In this document: piece by piece, positions 19,146-28,474 of the stretch
Layout: every line of letters begins with the position of its first letter
Numbering within the stretch: position 1 is the first letter of the stretch
Virus record (IMG/VR): IMGVR_UViG_3300027733_002357
Reading direction: 5' to 3' (one strand)
DNA: 64,000 nt
From: a virus
Notes under the pieces: model-generated
Database searches by the model: none
What the model saw: the letters and a program-made list of their open reading frames with translations, nothing else
What the model was told of the DNA's origin: nothing
Made by a program: the position numbers and the translations under genes

Positions 19146-20065
19146 ATAAATCTGTAGCTTTATTCAGTACTTTTTGTAACAGTGAGGAAAAAGTAAATGT
19201 CCTCGTCGAAAATATAAAAAAAGTTAAAGAATTAGGATTAGATGCTATAGTTATAACTCCATTCTTGTTGGATAGAAAAATTTACGATCTTTCTGATACT
19301 GTAATAACAACCAAAGAAAATCCATTAGATCTACACGATAAATCAATTGTAATTTGGAAGAAAGGATTTACTAAAGATTATAAAAATCTTTCAGGCGAGA
19401 TTTTCAATATTGTGTTACCTGATTACGGGTATGCTAGTGGGGTTCAGATGAAAAGATTAATAGATTATTCTCTTTCTTTTAATTATGAAAATTATCATAT
19501 AATTATATATGACCTATTAATTGATGGGGAGGTAGAAAAAATATTAACAGAGGGAAGAGAATGTTCTTTTTTCAGAAATGATAGAATAGTAGAGAATCCA
19601 GTCGGGGGAACTTTTATATCACTTAATAAAGAGAATGCAAAAATATATTCTTCGCTGATAAGACAACAGTCCTATTATTATGATATGGAAGACACTGGTG
19701 AAAAATGGCTAGGGAAAATACAATTAGCGATGGGAGGAAAAATAGAAGATCTTGTTGTAAGTGACACCATAAAAAATGGAGATGATGAAGCATTTTCTAT
19801 TGATCACACTCCGGATTTTAGTTTTAGTACATTTATAGTTAAGGACAAATTATTAGAATTATATTTCTATAATGTCAAGGTGGATACTAAGATTGAAATA
19901 GAGATTAATGGCGATATTATGATTAAAAATATTAGAGATAAAGAATCAATTAGAATTCTTGACGATATAAAAGATTGCAGGAGCTGCTCAATTTCATTCA
20001 ACGAATCAAAAGAGGATCTAACAGGTAAGATTATCAGATTATTTAAAACAGAAATAGAAAAATAG
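19142..20065 (+). CDS. hypothetical protein, paralog of 22327..23244
   Basis: Shares ALFSTFC..EEK, LPDYGY, KRLIDYS, LTEGRECSFF blocks with the paralog. Confidence 0.5.
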   Translation: MNKSVALFSTFCNSEEKVNVLVENIKKVKELGLDAIVITPFLLDRKIYDLSDTVITTKENPLDLHDKSIVIWKKGFTKDYKNLSGEIFNIVLPDYGYASGVQMKRLIDYSLSFNYENYHIIIYDLLIDGEVEKILTEGRECSFFRNDRIVENPVGGTFISLNKENAKIYSSLIRQQSYYYDMEDTGEKWLGKIQLAMGGKIEDLVVSDTIKNGDDEAFSIDHTPDFSFSTFIVKDKLLELYFYNVKVDTKIEIEINGDIMIKNIRDKESIRILDDIKDCRSCSISFNESKEDLTGKIIRLFKTEIEK

Positions 20066-20068
20066 AAT

Positions 20069-21223
20069 ATGAGAAATATCAATTTATTTGTTCCAACTTT
20101 CAGAAACGAAGAAATAATGGAACACATCACCGAATGCTTAGATAAGGGATGGACAGGCCTTGGGTTTAAAACCCAAGAAATGGAAGATGCATGGAAGAAG
20201 TATACTGGATTGCCTAATGCACATTTTATTAATTCTAATACATCGGGACTGCATTTGGCAGTGAAGATATTAAAAGATGCAAATAAATGGAAAGAAGGCG
20301 ATGAAATTATAACCACTCCTTTAACATTCGTATCAACCAATCATGCTATAGTTTACGAGAAAATGAAACCAGTATTTGCTGATGTTGACGAATCACTTTG
20401 TTTGGATCCAGAATCAGTTGAGAGCAGAATAACAAAGAAAACTAGAGCAGTTATATTTGTTGGCATCGGAGGTAATTCTGGAAAAATCGGTGAGATTATA
20501 AAAATTTGCAAAAAACATAAGCTTAAATTGATTCTGGATGCTGCACATATGGCAGGTACATTCATTGACTTAGACGGAAAGATTAAACATGCAGGAAACG
20601 AATCTGATGTTTCTATATTTAGTTTTCAGGCTGTTAAAAACCTTCCGACAGCAGATTCTGGAATGATATGTTTTAAGAATGATGACTATGATTCATTAGC
20701 AAGAAAGCTATCTTGGTTAGGAATTGATAAAGACACATATCAAAGAACAAATGATAAGGGAAGTTATAAATGGGAATATGATGTCGTAGATGCTGGATAC
20801 AAATACCACGGTAATTCGATAATGGCTTCAATGGGATTGGTAGGGTTAAAATACCTGGAGGAAGATAATTCTTATAGAAGAAAAATTTCAGAAATGTATG
20901 AATCAGCATTTTCTTCTGCTGGCATAAAAAGTATAAAGACTTCTAAATCTACATCAGTATCATCAAGACATCTTTATCAGATAAGGGTTAAAAACAGAAA
21001 TAAGATAATGGAGTATTTAAACTCCCAAGGAATATATCCTGGAGTTCATTATAGAGATAATACAAATTACACAATCTATAGCGAGCAGAAAGGAAATTGT
21101 CCTATGTCTTATAAGTTATCAGAAGAGATTATGTCACTTCCTTTACATATGCGATTAACAATTGATGATGTTGAATATGTAATAGAAAAAGTAATACAAG
21201 CAAATATTGAAATTAATGGATAA
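20069..21223 (+). CDS. DegT/DnrJ/EryC1-type PLP-dependent sugar aminotransferase
   Basis: 'TTPLTFVSTNHAI', 'FSFQAVKNL' (PLP-lysine), C-terminal HY..N motifs. Confidence 0.65.
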   Translation: MRNINLFVPTFRNEEIMEHITECLDKGWTGLGFKTQEMEDAWKKYTGLPNAHFINSNTSGLHLAVKILKDANKWKEGDEIITTPLTFVSTNHAIVYEKMKPVFADVDESLCLDPESVESRITKKTRAVIFVGIGGNSGKIGEIIKICKKHKLKLILDAAHMAGTFIDLDGKIKHAGNESDVSIFSFQAVKNLPTADSGMICFKNDDYDSLARKLSWLGIDKDTYQRTNDKGSYKWEYDVVDAGYKYHGNSIMASMGLVGLKYLEEDNSYRRKISEMYESAFSSAGIKSIKTSKSTSVSSRHLYQIRVKNRNKIMEYLNSQGIYPGVHYRDNTNYTIYSEQKGNCPMSYKLSEEIMSLPLHMRLTIDDVEYVIEKVIQANIEING

Positions 21224-21929
21224 CTACAACGATATACTAAATAAGTATTCATCTGACAAAGGCACCAGCCCTAATGAGCAGGAGAATCTAGCCAATGGAT
21301 ATGGAGATTTATACGAGAGATATTTTAGAGATTATAGGGAGAGCGCTGTAAATATCTGTGATATAGGAATAGACCAGGGAAGATCTCTTTTAGCTAACCA
21401 AGAGTATTTTACTAATGCTACAATCCATGGCGTTGATATAAGCGATAAATCTATTTATAGGACGGAAAGAATTAGAACCTATATGGTAGATCAAGGTAAC
21501 GTAAAACAGCTTGGAGATTTCTTTAGCGAGATGAGATTTAAAGGTATCGATTTTGATATAATAATTGATGATGGATCACATGATGTTGCTCATCAACAAA
21601 TGACATTTGGTAAATTATTCGATCTACTTAAGCCTGGTGGAATTTATATCATAGAGGATATGTGTACTAGTTTTTTTAAGGAGGGTGTAAATCTGTACGG
21701 ATACACACAAACTAGAGAAAAAATGGATAACAATACGGTTAATTTTTTAACTAATAGACCTTTAAGAAGCCCTTGGATAGATTCTGAAAAATTAGACAGG
21801 ATGGATTTTGAAATAGATTATGCAATAGTTTTCGATAAGCTTAATAGGAATATCCCATATTTAGATGTTTTCCCATGTATTAATGATTATCCACCAAGAT
21901 CTATAACATCGATAATTAAAAAGAAATGA
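21207..21929 (+). CDS. class I SAM-dependent methyltransferase
   Basis: 'ICDIGIDQGRS' motif I, 'IIIDDGSHD', 'LKPGGIYIIED'. Confidence 0.5.
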   Translation: MKLMDNYNDILNKYSSDKGTSPNEQENLANGYGDLYERYFRDYRESAVNICDIGIDQGRSLLANQEYFTNATIHGVDISDKSIYRTERIRTYMVDQGNVKQLGDFFSEMRFKGIDFDIIIDDGSHDVAHQQMTFGKLFDLLKPGGIYIIEDMCTSFFKEGVNLYGYTQTREKMDNNTVNFLTNRPLRSPWIDSEKLDRMDFEIDYAIVFDKLNRNIPYLDVFPCINDYPPRSITSIIKKK

Positions 21930-22330
21930 TCAGAGAATTTCGCAGTGATGATAAGGATGGAGTTTTAGGATGCTTAAAAGAAGTTTGGAGCATCACATCA
22001 ATAGATGATGACGTACTCGACAACTATCTTAGAAATAGCAATCTCCTTTATGTTATAGATATCGATGGTGAAATTGCTGGATGCGCCACTTTACATTTAC
22101 AAAAAAAGCTAATAAGAAATGGATCTACTGCAGGATTCATAGAGGATGTTGTTGTAAAAGGAAAGTACAGAAATAATAAATTAGGAGAATCCCTAATTGG
22201 TCATTTAGTAGATAAAGCAAAAGAAAAAGAATGCTATAAAGTTATTCTTTCGTGCTATCCTGAAAGAATTGCTTTTTATGAAAGATGCGGATTTTTCCAA
22301 GAAACAATAACAATGAGAAAACACCTATGA
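21926..22330 (+). CDS. GNAT family N-acetyltransferase
   Basis: GNAT motif A region 'VVVKGKYRNNKLGESLIGHL' and typical length. Confidence 0.55.
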   Translation: MIREFRSDDKDGVLGCLKEVWSITSIDDDVLDNYLRNSNLLYVIDIDGEIAGCATLHLQKKLIRNGSTAGFIEDVVVKGKYRNNKLGESLIGHLVDKAKEKECYKVILSCYPERIAFYERCGFFQETITMRKHL

Positions 22331-23244
22331 GAAGAGTAGCTTTATTTAGCACGTATTGTGATACCGAGGAAAAAGAAAAAGCTTTACTGGATAACTTAAC
22401 TAAAGTTAAGAGCCTAGGATTGGATTCATTTGTTTTGACTATACTTCCATTGTCTAAAAAAATACACGATGCTGCAGACTATGTGATTTATTCTAAAGAA
22501 AATCCAATACCTGACATTAATACTAAGTCTATTGTATCTTGGAGAATATGCGAGAATAACGTGAAGCTTATATCATTTCTCCCAGATTATGGATATCCAA
22601 GTTTGCTACAGTTAAAAAGATTAATAGATTTCTCTTCCACTTTGGATTATGATTACTATTTTACAATGATCTATGATATCATAATTACTCCGGAGATAGA
22701 GAAAGTTCTTACAGAGGGAAGAGAATGTAGCTTTTTTAAAAATAGTAAAGTTGATGAAGTTTTAGGAGGGATATTAACTGCATTCAACGGGGAGAATGCT
22801 AAAAAATTCTCATCTTTATTAACTGAAAAATCTTATTATAAGGATTCACATATAGCGGAGGCTTGGATGGCAAAAGTTAACGATTTAATAGGTGGTACAA
22901 TCGAAGACATATATGCTTCAGATTCTATTAATTTAAACGAGGCACTTCTATCGACAAACCATTCGCCTTTTCCAGATTTTCATTTGTTTATAGTGAAGCA
23001 TAAAAGCCTAAAGCTGTTTTTCTATTCTATTCCCTTCGAAATAAATTTAACTATTAAAACAAATCTTTTCGAGAAAGATATCATGATAGACAAACAGACT
23101 CTAGTTCATCTTCACGATAACGAAAAAGAGATAGAGTACATTAAAATAGTATATAAGAAAGCAGAAATAGATCTTGGATATTATTTTAATATATTAAAGA
23201 AAAGTGAAATAGAAAATTGCTCTGACCACATAGCTTTAACATGA
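22327..23244 (+). CDS. hypothetical protein, paralog of 19142..20065
   Basis: ATGA overlap with the GNAT gene; ~40% identity blocks with the paralog. Confidence 0.5.
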   Translation: MRRVALFSTYCDTEEKEKALLDNLTKVKSLGLDSFVLTILPLSKKIHDAADYVIYSKENPIPDINTKSIVSWRICENNVKLISFLPDYGYPSLLQLKRLIDFSSTLDYDYYFTMIYDIIITPEIEKVLTEGRECSFFKNSKVDEVLGGILTAFNGENAKKFSSLLTEKSYYKDSHIAEAWMAKVNDLIGGTIEDIYASDSINLNEALLSTNHSPFPDFHLFIVKHKSLKLFFYSIPFEINLTIKTNLFEKDIMIDKQTLVHLHDNEKEIEYIKIVYKKAEIDLGYYFNILKKSEIENCSDHIALT

Positions 23245-23254
23245 TTTATATTTT

Positions 23255-23470
23255 TTGATATATAATCACACAATATCACTTCATATGGGACAGTACGAAG
23301 ATACATTTTATGAGATTTATGACCAGGTAGAAGAAAAAGGGCTTAGGGATAAATTTTATGAGCAGCTGGAAAAAATGAAACATCAAGAAAAACATAAGTA
23401 TAAAAGTGTAAAGGATCTTTGGGAATATGCCTATAAAAGAATTATGGGGGATAATCCAAACCTTGTTTAA
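23255..23470 (+). CDS. hypothetical small protein
   Basis: 71-aa ORF. Confidence 0.3.
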   Translation: MIYNHTISLHMGQYEDTFYEIYDQVEEKGLRDKFYEQLEKMKHQEKHKYKSVKDLWEYAYKRIMGDNPNLV

Positions 23471-23485
23471 TTTACATTTATTATC

Positions 23486-23902
23486 ATGACAACATTTTTT
23501 TATCTATTGGCTATTTTCTACTTCTTTAGCCGTTTTTCGAAAGCTTTAAATCCCTCTGAAGACGTGGAACAAATTTCTAGATTTTCAGAAAAGGATTTTT
23601 TTAATAATTCTGATTCAAAAGGTAAATCTGAAGGATGTATTTGGGCTATCAAAAATTTCACATTTTTCATCTGGTGTGTTATTGGTATAGCTTTCTCAAA
23701 TGTATGGGAAGCATTTGTGTTATTAATGGTAGTAGGAATCATTTCTGGCTTGTTTAAGAAGATATTAGGCAAAGAACGGGAGAAAACATTAGAAATTGTT
23801 TTAAAGTCAGTACAACACTCTATTTCAGCAGTTATCCTTCTTTACATTTTCTTTTCATACTTCCATCCAGAAGCAACACAATATATTGAATCGCTTATAT
23901 AA
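23486..23902 (+). CDS. membrane protein (about 4 TM)
   Basis: Four hydrophobic helices. Confidence 0.45.
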   Translation: MTTFFYLLAIFYFFSRFSKALNPSEDVEQISRFSEKDFFNNSDSKGKSEGCIWAIKNFTFFIWCVIGIAFSNVWEAFVLLMVVGIISGLFKKILGKEREKTLEIVLKSVQHSISAVILLYIFFSYFHPEATQYIESLI

Positions 23903-23959
23903 GGATCAACAAAAAAGCCCAAGTAAACCTGAGCTTTTTTGTTAGTTGTTTAATTGGTT

Positions 23960-24556
23960 TCAAAAGTAAGTGTTCTCAAAATAGAGAACTTCGAATTTAC
24001 TGTTAACGTCTACTAATTGAAGTGCATTTAAGAGATCTGAATATTCTCCTACTGCCTCGTTTTGGATGTCGACATATTTTTGAATAAAATTAAAAGTTGC
24101 AGGATCCATTGAATCTAATTCTTTCTGATTCTCTGAATATTTCGCAAATAAATCGTATTCAAGTTCGTAAGCTTTATTGATAATATCAACAAGATTTGAA
24201 ATTTTCTGTGATGTTGGAACTTGCGGTATTGCAGGCATTAAGTTCCATTGTGTTAGATAGTCTTGTAGTCCTTGCGCATGTCCTAATTCACTTTCAGCTT
24301 CAGCATTAAAGAATACTGCTGCTTTTTTGTAGTTTGTGTTCTTACACCAGTTAGCTGCATTTCTGTAGAAATAATAAGCTGTGTATTCGTCTGCTAGTCT
24401 TTCGTTAAGTATAGACTCAACATCAGAAGAAAGAGTTTTAGGTTTTACCATCGGCGATTTTAGATCCATTACTGGTTCAGTTTCGGCAGGTAGGTTTGGT
24501 GTCATCTCGTTTTGTTCTTTTAAAGATTTGCCCCTGAACTTATCAAATGTTTCCAT
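23960..24556 (-). CDS. ferritin-like diiron protein
   Basis: 'YTAYYFYRNAANWC' and 'AEAESELGHAQGLQDYL' resemble ferritin E..ExxH ligand motifs. Confidence 0.55.
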   Translation of the reverse strand: METFDKFRGKSLKEQNEMTPNLPAETEPVMDLKSPMVKPKTLSSDVESILNERLADEYTAYYFYRNAANWCKNTNYKKAAVFFNAEAESELGHAQGLQDYLTQWNLMPAIPQVPTSQKISNLVDIINKAYELEYDLFAKYSENQKELDSMDPATFNFIQKYVDIQNEAVGEYSDLLNALQLVDVNSKFEVLYFENTYF

Positions 24557-24588
24557 GCAAATTGTTTTTATATCTTTTATATATCAGG

Positions 24589-24626
24589 AAATCATTTTTT
24601 TATTTTATTCGTTTTTTCTACCTTTA
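24589..24626 (+). promoter_or_regulatory. conserved promoter (AAATCATTTTTTT, 17 nt ending TTTC, TACCTTTA), 4 nt before the ATG
   Basis: Sequence pattern; the -7 box abuts the start codon, implying a leaderless transcript. Confidence 0.5.
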
Positions 24627-24630
24627 CACC

Positions 24631-25005
24631 ATGGCAAATATAAAAGTGAGATTTAATCTATCAAGGGGTAAGAACTACATGAAATGGAAGGTTGCTTATC
24701 CTGACGGCAATATCGAATATTTAGATCCCAATAAGGTCGATCTATTAATGAAGAAGTGTAAGCTTCGAAATAGCATGAAGACAGCTCAAAAAATATTCGA
24801 TGGGGAAAACAAAACTGTATGCGCTTGGATATTATGTGATGACATCGTTATTTCAGAGAATCAAAAAGAACCGCTAGAAGAGAATGGAAGACTCCGATAT
24901 AATCCAAGGGCTAAGCCTAATTGGGATTTTAGAGATGTTAATGTTGACGGAAAACAGTTTTGTGTTATAGAAAGTAGAGGTAGCAAACTCTATATTATTT
25001 ATTAA
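24631..25005 (+). CDS. hypothetical protein
   Basis: Internal ATG at 24631 right after the promoter; ORF-track start 24547 is probably too far upstream. Confidence 0.45.
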   Translation: MANIKVRFNLSRGKNYMKWKVAYPDGNIEYLDPNKVDLLMKKCKLRNSMKTAQKIFDGENKTVCAWILCDDIVISENQKEPLEENGRLRYNPRAKPNWDFRDVNVDGKQFCVIESRGSKLYIIY

Positions 25006-25042
25006 AATCATTTTTTTATTATTAGAGAAATTTCTAAATTTG
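25005..25042 (+). promoter_or_regulatory. conserved promoter (AAATCATTTTTTT, 17 nt ending TTTC, TAAATTTG)
   Basis: Sequence pattern; 4 nt before the ATG at 25047. Confidence 0.55.
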
Positions 25043-25046
25043 TATT

Positions 25047-25256
25047 ATGGAATTAAATAAGGAACAAAAAGAAGCAATTCAAGAGTATTACGATTCGATG
25101 GATCCAAGGAACATAGAATTTGAGGATGCGGTAGAATTGACAGTTGATCATTTAATAGATGAGAATATTGTTGATTTGTCTGAAGACGAGGATGGAAATA
25201 TGCACGAGGATCTATACAATACAGTCTGGGAACATTTAGAATCTTATATAGGATAA
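25047..25256 (+). CDS. small acidic protein
   Basis: 69-aa ORF right after the promoter. Confidence 0.4.
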   Translation: MELNKEQKEAIQEYYDSMDPRNIEFEDAVELTVDHLIDENIVDLSEDEDGNMHEDLYNTVWEHLESYIG

Positions 25257-25261
25257 TCAGT

Positions 25262-25570
25262 ATGGAAAAAGAAAGGTTGATAAAATATCTAAAATCAGAG
25301 GGATATTCTGAAATCAAAGAGATACCAGGAAGAGGTATTTGCGGACTGAGGGATTTCATTTTTACTACTGGATTAGTGATAGACATGGATGAAAATCAAT
25401 ATTATGGGAGATACTGCTACCCTTCCCACAAAGATGCACTTAAGGCTCTGGATGAATGGAACGGGGAAGGAGATCCTCCTGGACCATGGATTAAATATAA
25501 AGGAGCACCTTACGAAAGAAGTAATCCTTTAATGGAGAATGGATGCTTAAATTGTAAAGCAAATGGATAA
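25262..25570 (+). CDS. hypothetical protein
   Basis: 102-aa ORF. Confidence 0.4.
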   Translation: MEKERLIKYLKSEGYSEIKEIPGRGICGLRDFIFTTGLVIDMDENQYYGRYCYPSHKDALKALDEWNGEGDPPGPWIKYKGAPYERSNPLMENGCLNCKANG

Positions 25571-26165
25571 TATACTTATACCGGAAGAGCTAAAATCCAT
25601 AATTTCTAAGAATAGTGATATATTCGAGTATCTTAGACAACCCGAAAGAAATATTGTTGAATATTGGAACAAGAGAGAAGATTTCAGAAGCGGAACTTCG
25701 TGGCACATACCAACCAAAGAACTAGTTGATTCTCTTGTTGAATATTCACCTATAGTTTCTGTTGGATCTGGTTTTGGTTATACTGAGGATTTAGCTATTA
25801 AGGAAGGTGCAGACATTATAGCTACTGACCTATCGCCGGACAAAAAGAATACATGGTGTAGAGATGGCAAATTTTATTGTAGTGTTGAAAAAATAAAAGC
25901 TGACGAGGCGGTTAAAAAATACAAAGACCGTAACGTTTTTATGGCTTGGCCTCCTTACGATAATCCAATGGCAGCTGAGGTTGCTAATGCTATGGATACT
26001 GGAAAATATCTAATATTCGTTGGTGAGTCTTACGGAGGGTGTACAGGAGATGATAATTTCTTCGAGTTACTTTCTGAAAAATTTGAAGTTGTAAACGACG
26101 ATATACCCATCCCTAATTGGCCGGGTATTAGAGATGAATGTGTAATCTATAAAAAAATAAAATAA
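25563..26165 (+). CDS. Rossmann-fold methyltransferase-like protein (GxGxG plus a WPPY motif IV-like element)
   Basis: 'IVSVGSGFGY' (motif I), 'ADIIATDL' (motif II), 'MAWPPYDNP' (resembles the (D/N/S)PPY motif of amino-methyltransferases). Confidence 0.35.
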   Translation: MDNILIPEELKSIISKNSDIFEYLRQPERNIVEYWNKREDFRSGTSWHIPTKELVDSLVEYSPIVSVGSGFGYTEDLAIKEGADIIATDLSPDKKNTWCRDGKFYCSVEKIKADEAVKKYKDRNVFMAWPPYDNPMAAEVANAMDTGKYLIFVGESYGGCTGDDNFFELLSEKFEVVNDDIPIPNWPGIRDECVIYKKIK

Positions 26166-26524
26166 TGGCTTTAAATTACGATCTAACGGAAATCAAAGGG
26201 TATAAAAGAAAGATCTACTCGACGGTTAAATCAGCATCTGGTGAAACTCAATACAAGATGAAGGACATACCACAGACTATTGTATTTCTTACTATGTCAG
26301 TAGGGATGAGAACAATAACGGAAAAAAACTGGGGAAAATTCTATAATAGAACACATATCATAGAGACCATCCACGGAAGCTTCTTTTTCGAAGCAAAGAG
26401 AGGCAAACACGTTCCAAGGTACATCACTAAAGACGATATTCAATCAATGATAGGTCTACAAACTAATGCTTCAGAGTTATCCACTAAACAGTTTATTAAA
26501 AGGTTCGATGACCATCAGCTATAG
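26165..26524 (+). CDS. hypothetical protein
   Basis: 119-aa ORF. Confidence 0.4.
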   Translation: MALNYDLTEIKGYKRKIYSTVKSASGETQYKMKDIPQTIVFLTMSVGMRTITEKNWGKFYNRTHIIETIHGSFFFEAKRGKHVPRYITKDDIQSMIGLQTNASELSTKQFIKRFDDHQL

Positions 26525-26586
26525 CAAAATATCTTAAAAATATTAGAATATAAAAAAGGATATATAGTTACAGAAACATTATTATT

Positions 26587-28221
26587 ATGGGTAACTATTT
26601 ACAATCTTTTGACCAATTTGGATCACCAAATTTAGGCGATCTTTTTTCCTTACATGAACAAGGAATAATGCCAAAATATAATTCATTTGAATTTAAAAAA
26701 ATATTTTCCGGCTTTCTAAACGAATCTAATTCTTATATGGATGATGAATCTCTTAATGAGGTTCATTCATACTATGAACTATCTATGTTAGCTGAAGCTA
26801 GATCTTCATGGGGAGAAACTCAAGGAGAAATAAATTATATTGATATTGAATCACATGTTATTTTAATTAAAAATTCGGAAGCTTTCGTTCTCGAGAAAAA
26901 AACATTCGAAATGACTCAATTGATTAACGAAGGAGATTGGTCATGGCCTACTTGGGGTGATGTAACAAAAACATTTAACGATTTAAAAAATAAAGTAACA
27001 GGTACTGCGCAACAGCTTTATAATCAAGCTGGAAGCGCTATGGCTAAAACCTTTGATCTTCTATCAGATGGTGCACAAAAAGCATGGGAATGGCTTAAAA
27101 CTGCTGCTTCTGCCGCTGGAAAACTTGTAGGAGATAATATAGAAACCATAACACTTGTTCTTAGTATTCTGAGTGCAGTTTTTGGTATAGCTGGAGGAGT
27201 AACAACAGCAGTAGGTGTTGGCCCTATCCTTACAGCGGTAGGTGGTGGAATTATGGCTTTAAATGGGGGATTACACATATATGAGGGGTTCCATAAGATT
27301 GATCATGCAATGGAAATACTTAGAAATGTTCCGATAGATCCTGTTTCTAAGGCTGTTACTGGATTTGCAAAAGCAGCTCCTGATTTTTGTCTTGGAGGTT
27401 TATTTATTCCATTAGGATTTTATGATATAAGCCACGGATTAACAGAAGCTTTAGTAAATCCTGCTGCAGGATCAATAGGTGCGGCAGTAGAAGGAACAGC
27501 TAAAGCTGCTGGAAAAACATGGATAGGAAGTCTAGGTCACGAGATAGAAAAATTACTTGGCGGAGAAGCTGGAAAATATATTACAAAAAATCCAGAGCTC
27601 GCTAAAGCTGCAGGAAAAGCTATAGTTGGTTTTTCTTCAGTTCTTCTTTCTAAATTCTTTTCTGATGTTTGTGGATGGCTTTACGAATTTATGCTTAAAA
27701 GCTTGGATGCAATTCTTACAGGTATAAATTGGCTTTTAGATCTACCTAATAAATTAACAGAAGCAATAAACAAATTTTCTAAAGTTGCTACTGGAGCTAT
27801 ACCGATGGTAATAGCAAAAGGATTGGATACAATAGTTAAACCTATGACAGCTTTTTTAGCTAGAGTTTGCGAAAAATATTTCAAGCCTCTAGTTAAAAGA
27901 GCTCAGGAATTTATACAAAGACAAATTGTAGCTAAGAAAGTTCTAGATGAAGCATTGAAAAAAGCACACGTAGAGGGAGGTCATAAAGAAGAAGGTGTTA
28001 AAGCTAGTATACCGAAGACCAAAGGAAAGCCGCTAGTTAAACTAAAAACAGTAAAAACAGATAAAAAAGATCTTGAACGACTTAGCAAGCTCTCAAAGCT
28101 AGAGAAAAATAACAAGGGAAAAGATAAAAAAGATAAAAAAGACAAGAAAGGAAAAGTTAAAGAATCTCAGATCTGGGAAATGAAATACATAAAAGGATTT
28201 GATAACTTAAACTTTATCTAA
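26587..28221 (+). CDS. large Gly/Ala-rich membrane-associated protein with C-terminal K/D-rich tail
   Basis: Several G/A-rich hydrophobic segments (AVFGIAGGVTTAVGVGPILTAVGGGIMAL), KGKDKKDKKDKKGK tail. Confidence 0.45.
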   Translation: MGNYLQSFDQFGSPNLGDLFSLHEQGIMPKYNSFEFKKIFSGFLNESNSYMDDESLNEVHSYYELSMLAEARSSWGETQGEINYIDIESHVILIKNSEAFVLEKKTFEMTQLINEGDWSWPTWGDVTKTFNDLKNKVTGTAQQLYNQAGSAMAKTFDLLSDGAQKAWEWLKTAASAAGKLVGDNIETITLVLSILSAVFGIAGGVTTAVGVGPILTAVGGGIMALNGGLHIYEGFHKIDHAMEILRNVPIDPVSKAVTGFAKAAPDFCLGGLFIPLGFYDISHGLTEALVNPAAGSIGAAVEGTAKAAGKTWIGSLGHEIEKLLGGEAGKYITKNPELAKAAGKAIVGFSSVLLSKFFSDVCGWLYEFMLKSLDAILTGINWLLDLPNKLTEAINKFSKVATGAIPMVIAKGLDTIVKPMTAFLARVCEKYFKPLVKRAQEFIQRQIVAKKVLDEALKKAHVEGGHKEEGVKASIPKTKGKPLVKLKTVKTDKKDLERLSKLSKLEKNNKGKDKKDKKDKKGKVKESQIWEMKYIKGFDNLNFI

Positions 28222-28222
28222 T

Positions 28223-28447
28223 ATGATAATCTATACTCTAGCAGTAATTCTATCAACTTTAATGTTTTTTAGCGGAATTTGCTTCTATATAATATCTTTG
28301 TTCACTGATAAGGTCGAAAGACCTTTAATCTTCTTAATCGGATGTTTATTTTGGCCTTTTAGTCTAATCCTTATCTATACCTACATATTTATAAATAATA
28401 AGTTCTTTTCTAAAAAATCATTTTTTTCTCAAGAGAATATTCTATAG
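28223..28447 (+). CDS. small membrane protein
   Basis: Two hydrophobic helices. Confidence 0.35.
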   Translation: MIIYTLAVILSTLMFFSGICFYIISLFTDKVERPLIFLIGCLFWPFSLILIYTYIFINNKFFSKKSFFSQENIL

Positions 28448-28452
28448 ATTTG
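28415..28452 (+). promoter_or_regulatory. conserved promoter (AAATCATTTTTTT, 17 nt, TAGATTTG)
   Basis: Sequence pattern upstream of 28475. Confidence 0.5.
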
Positions 28453-28474
28453 TAAAAATCTAAAACTTAAAAAA

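Noticed and set aside
16422-20909. Short ORFs 16422..16607, 16706..16939, 17146..17370, 17900..18082, 19867..20340, 20353..20565, 20673..20909
   Set aside because: Embedded or antisense within the sugar-modification genes that have clear enzyme motifs.
23905-23945. Possible terminator between convergent genes 23486..23902 and 23960..24556
   Set aside because: Only a 4-bp stem with a long loop. Not convincing.
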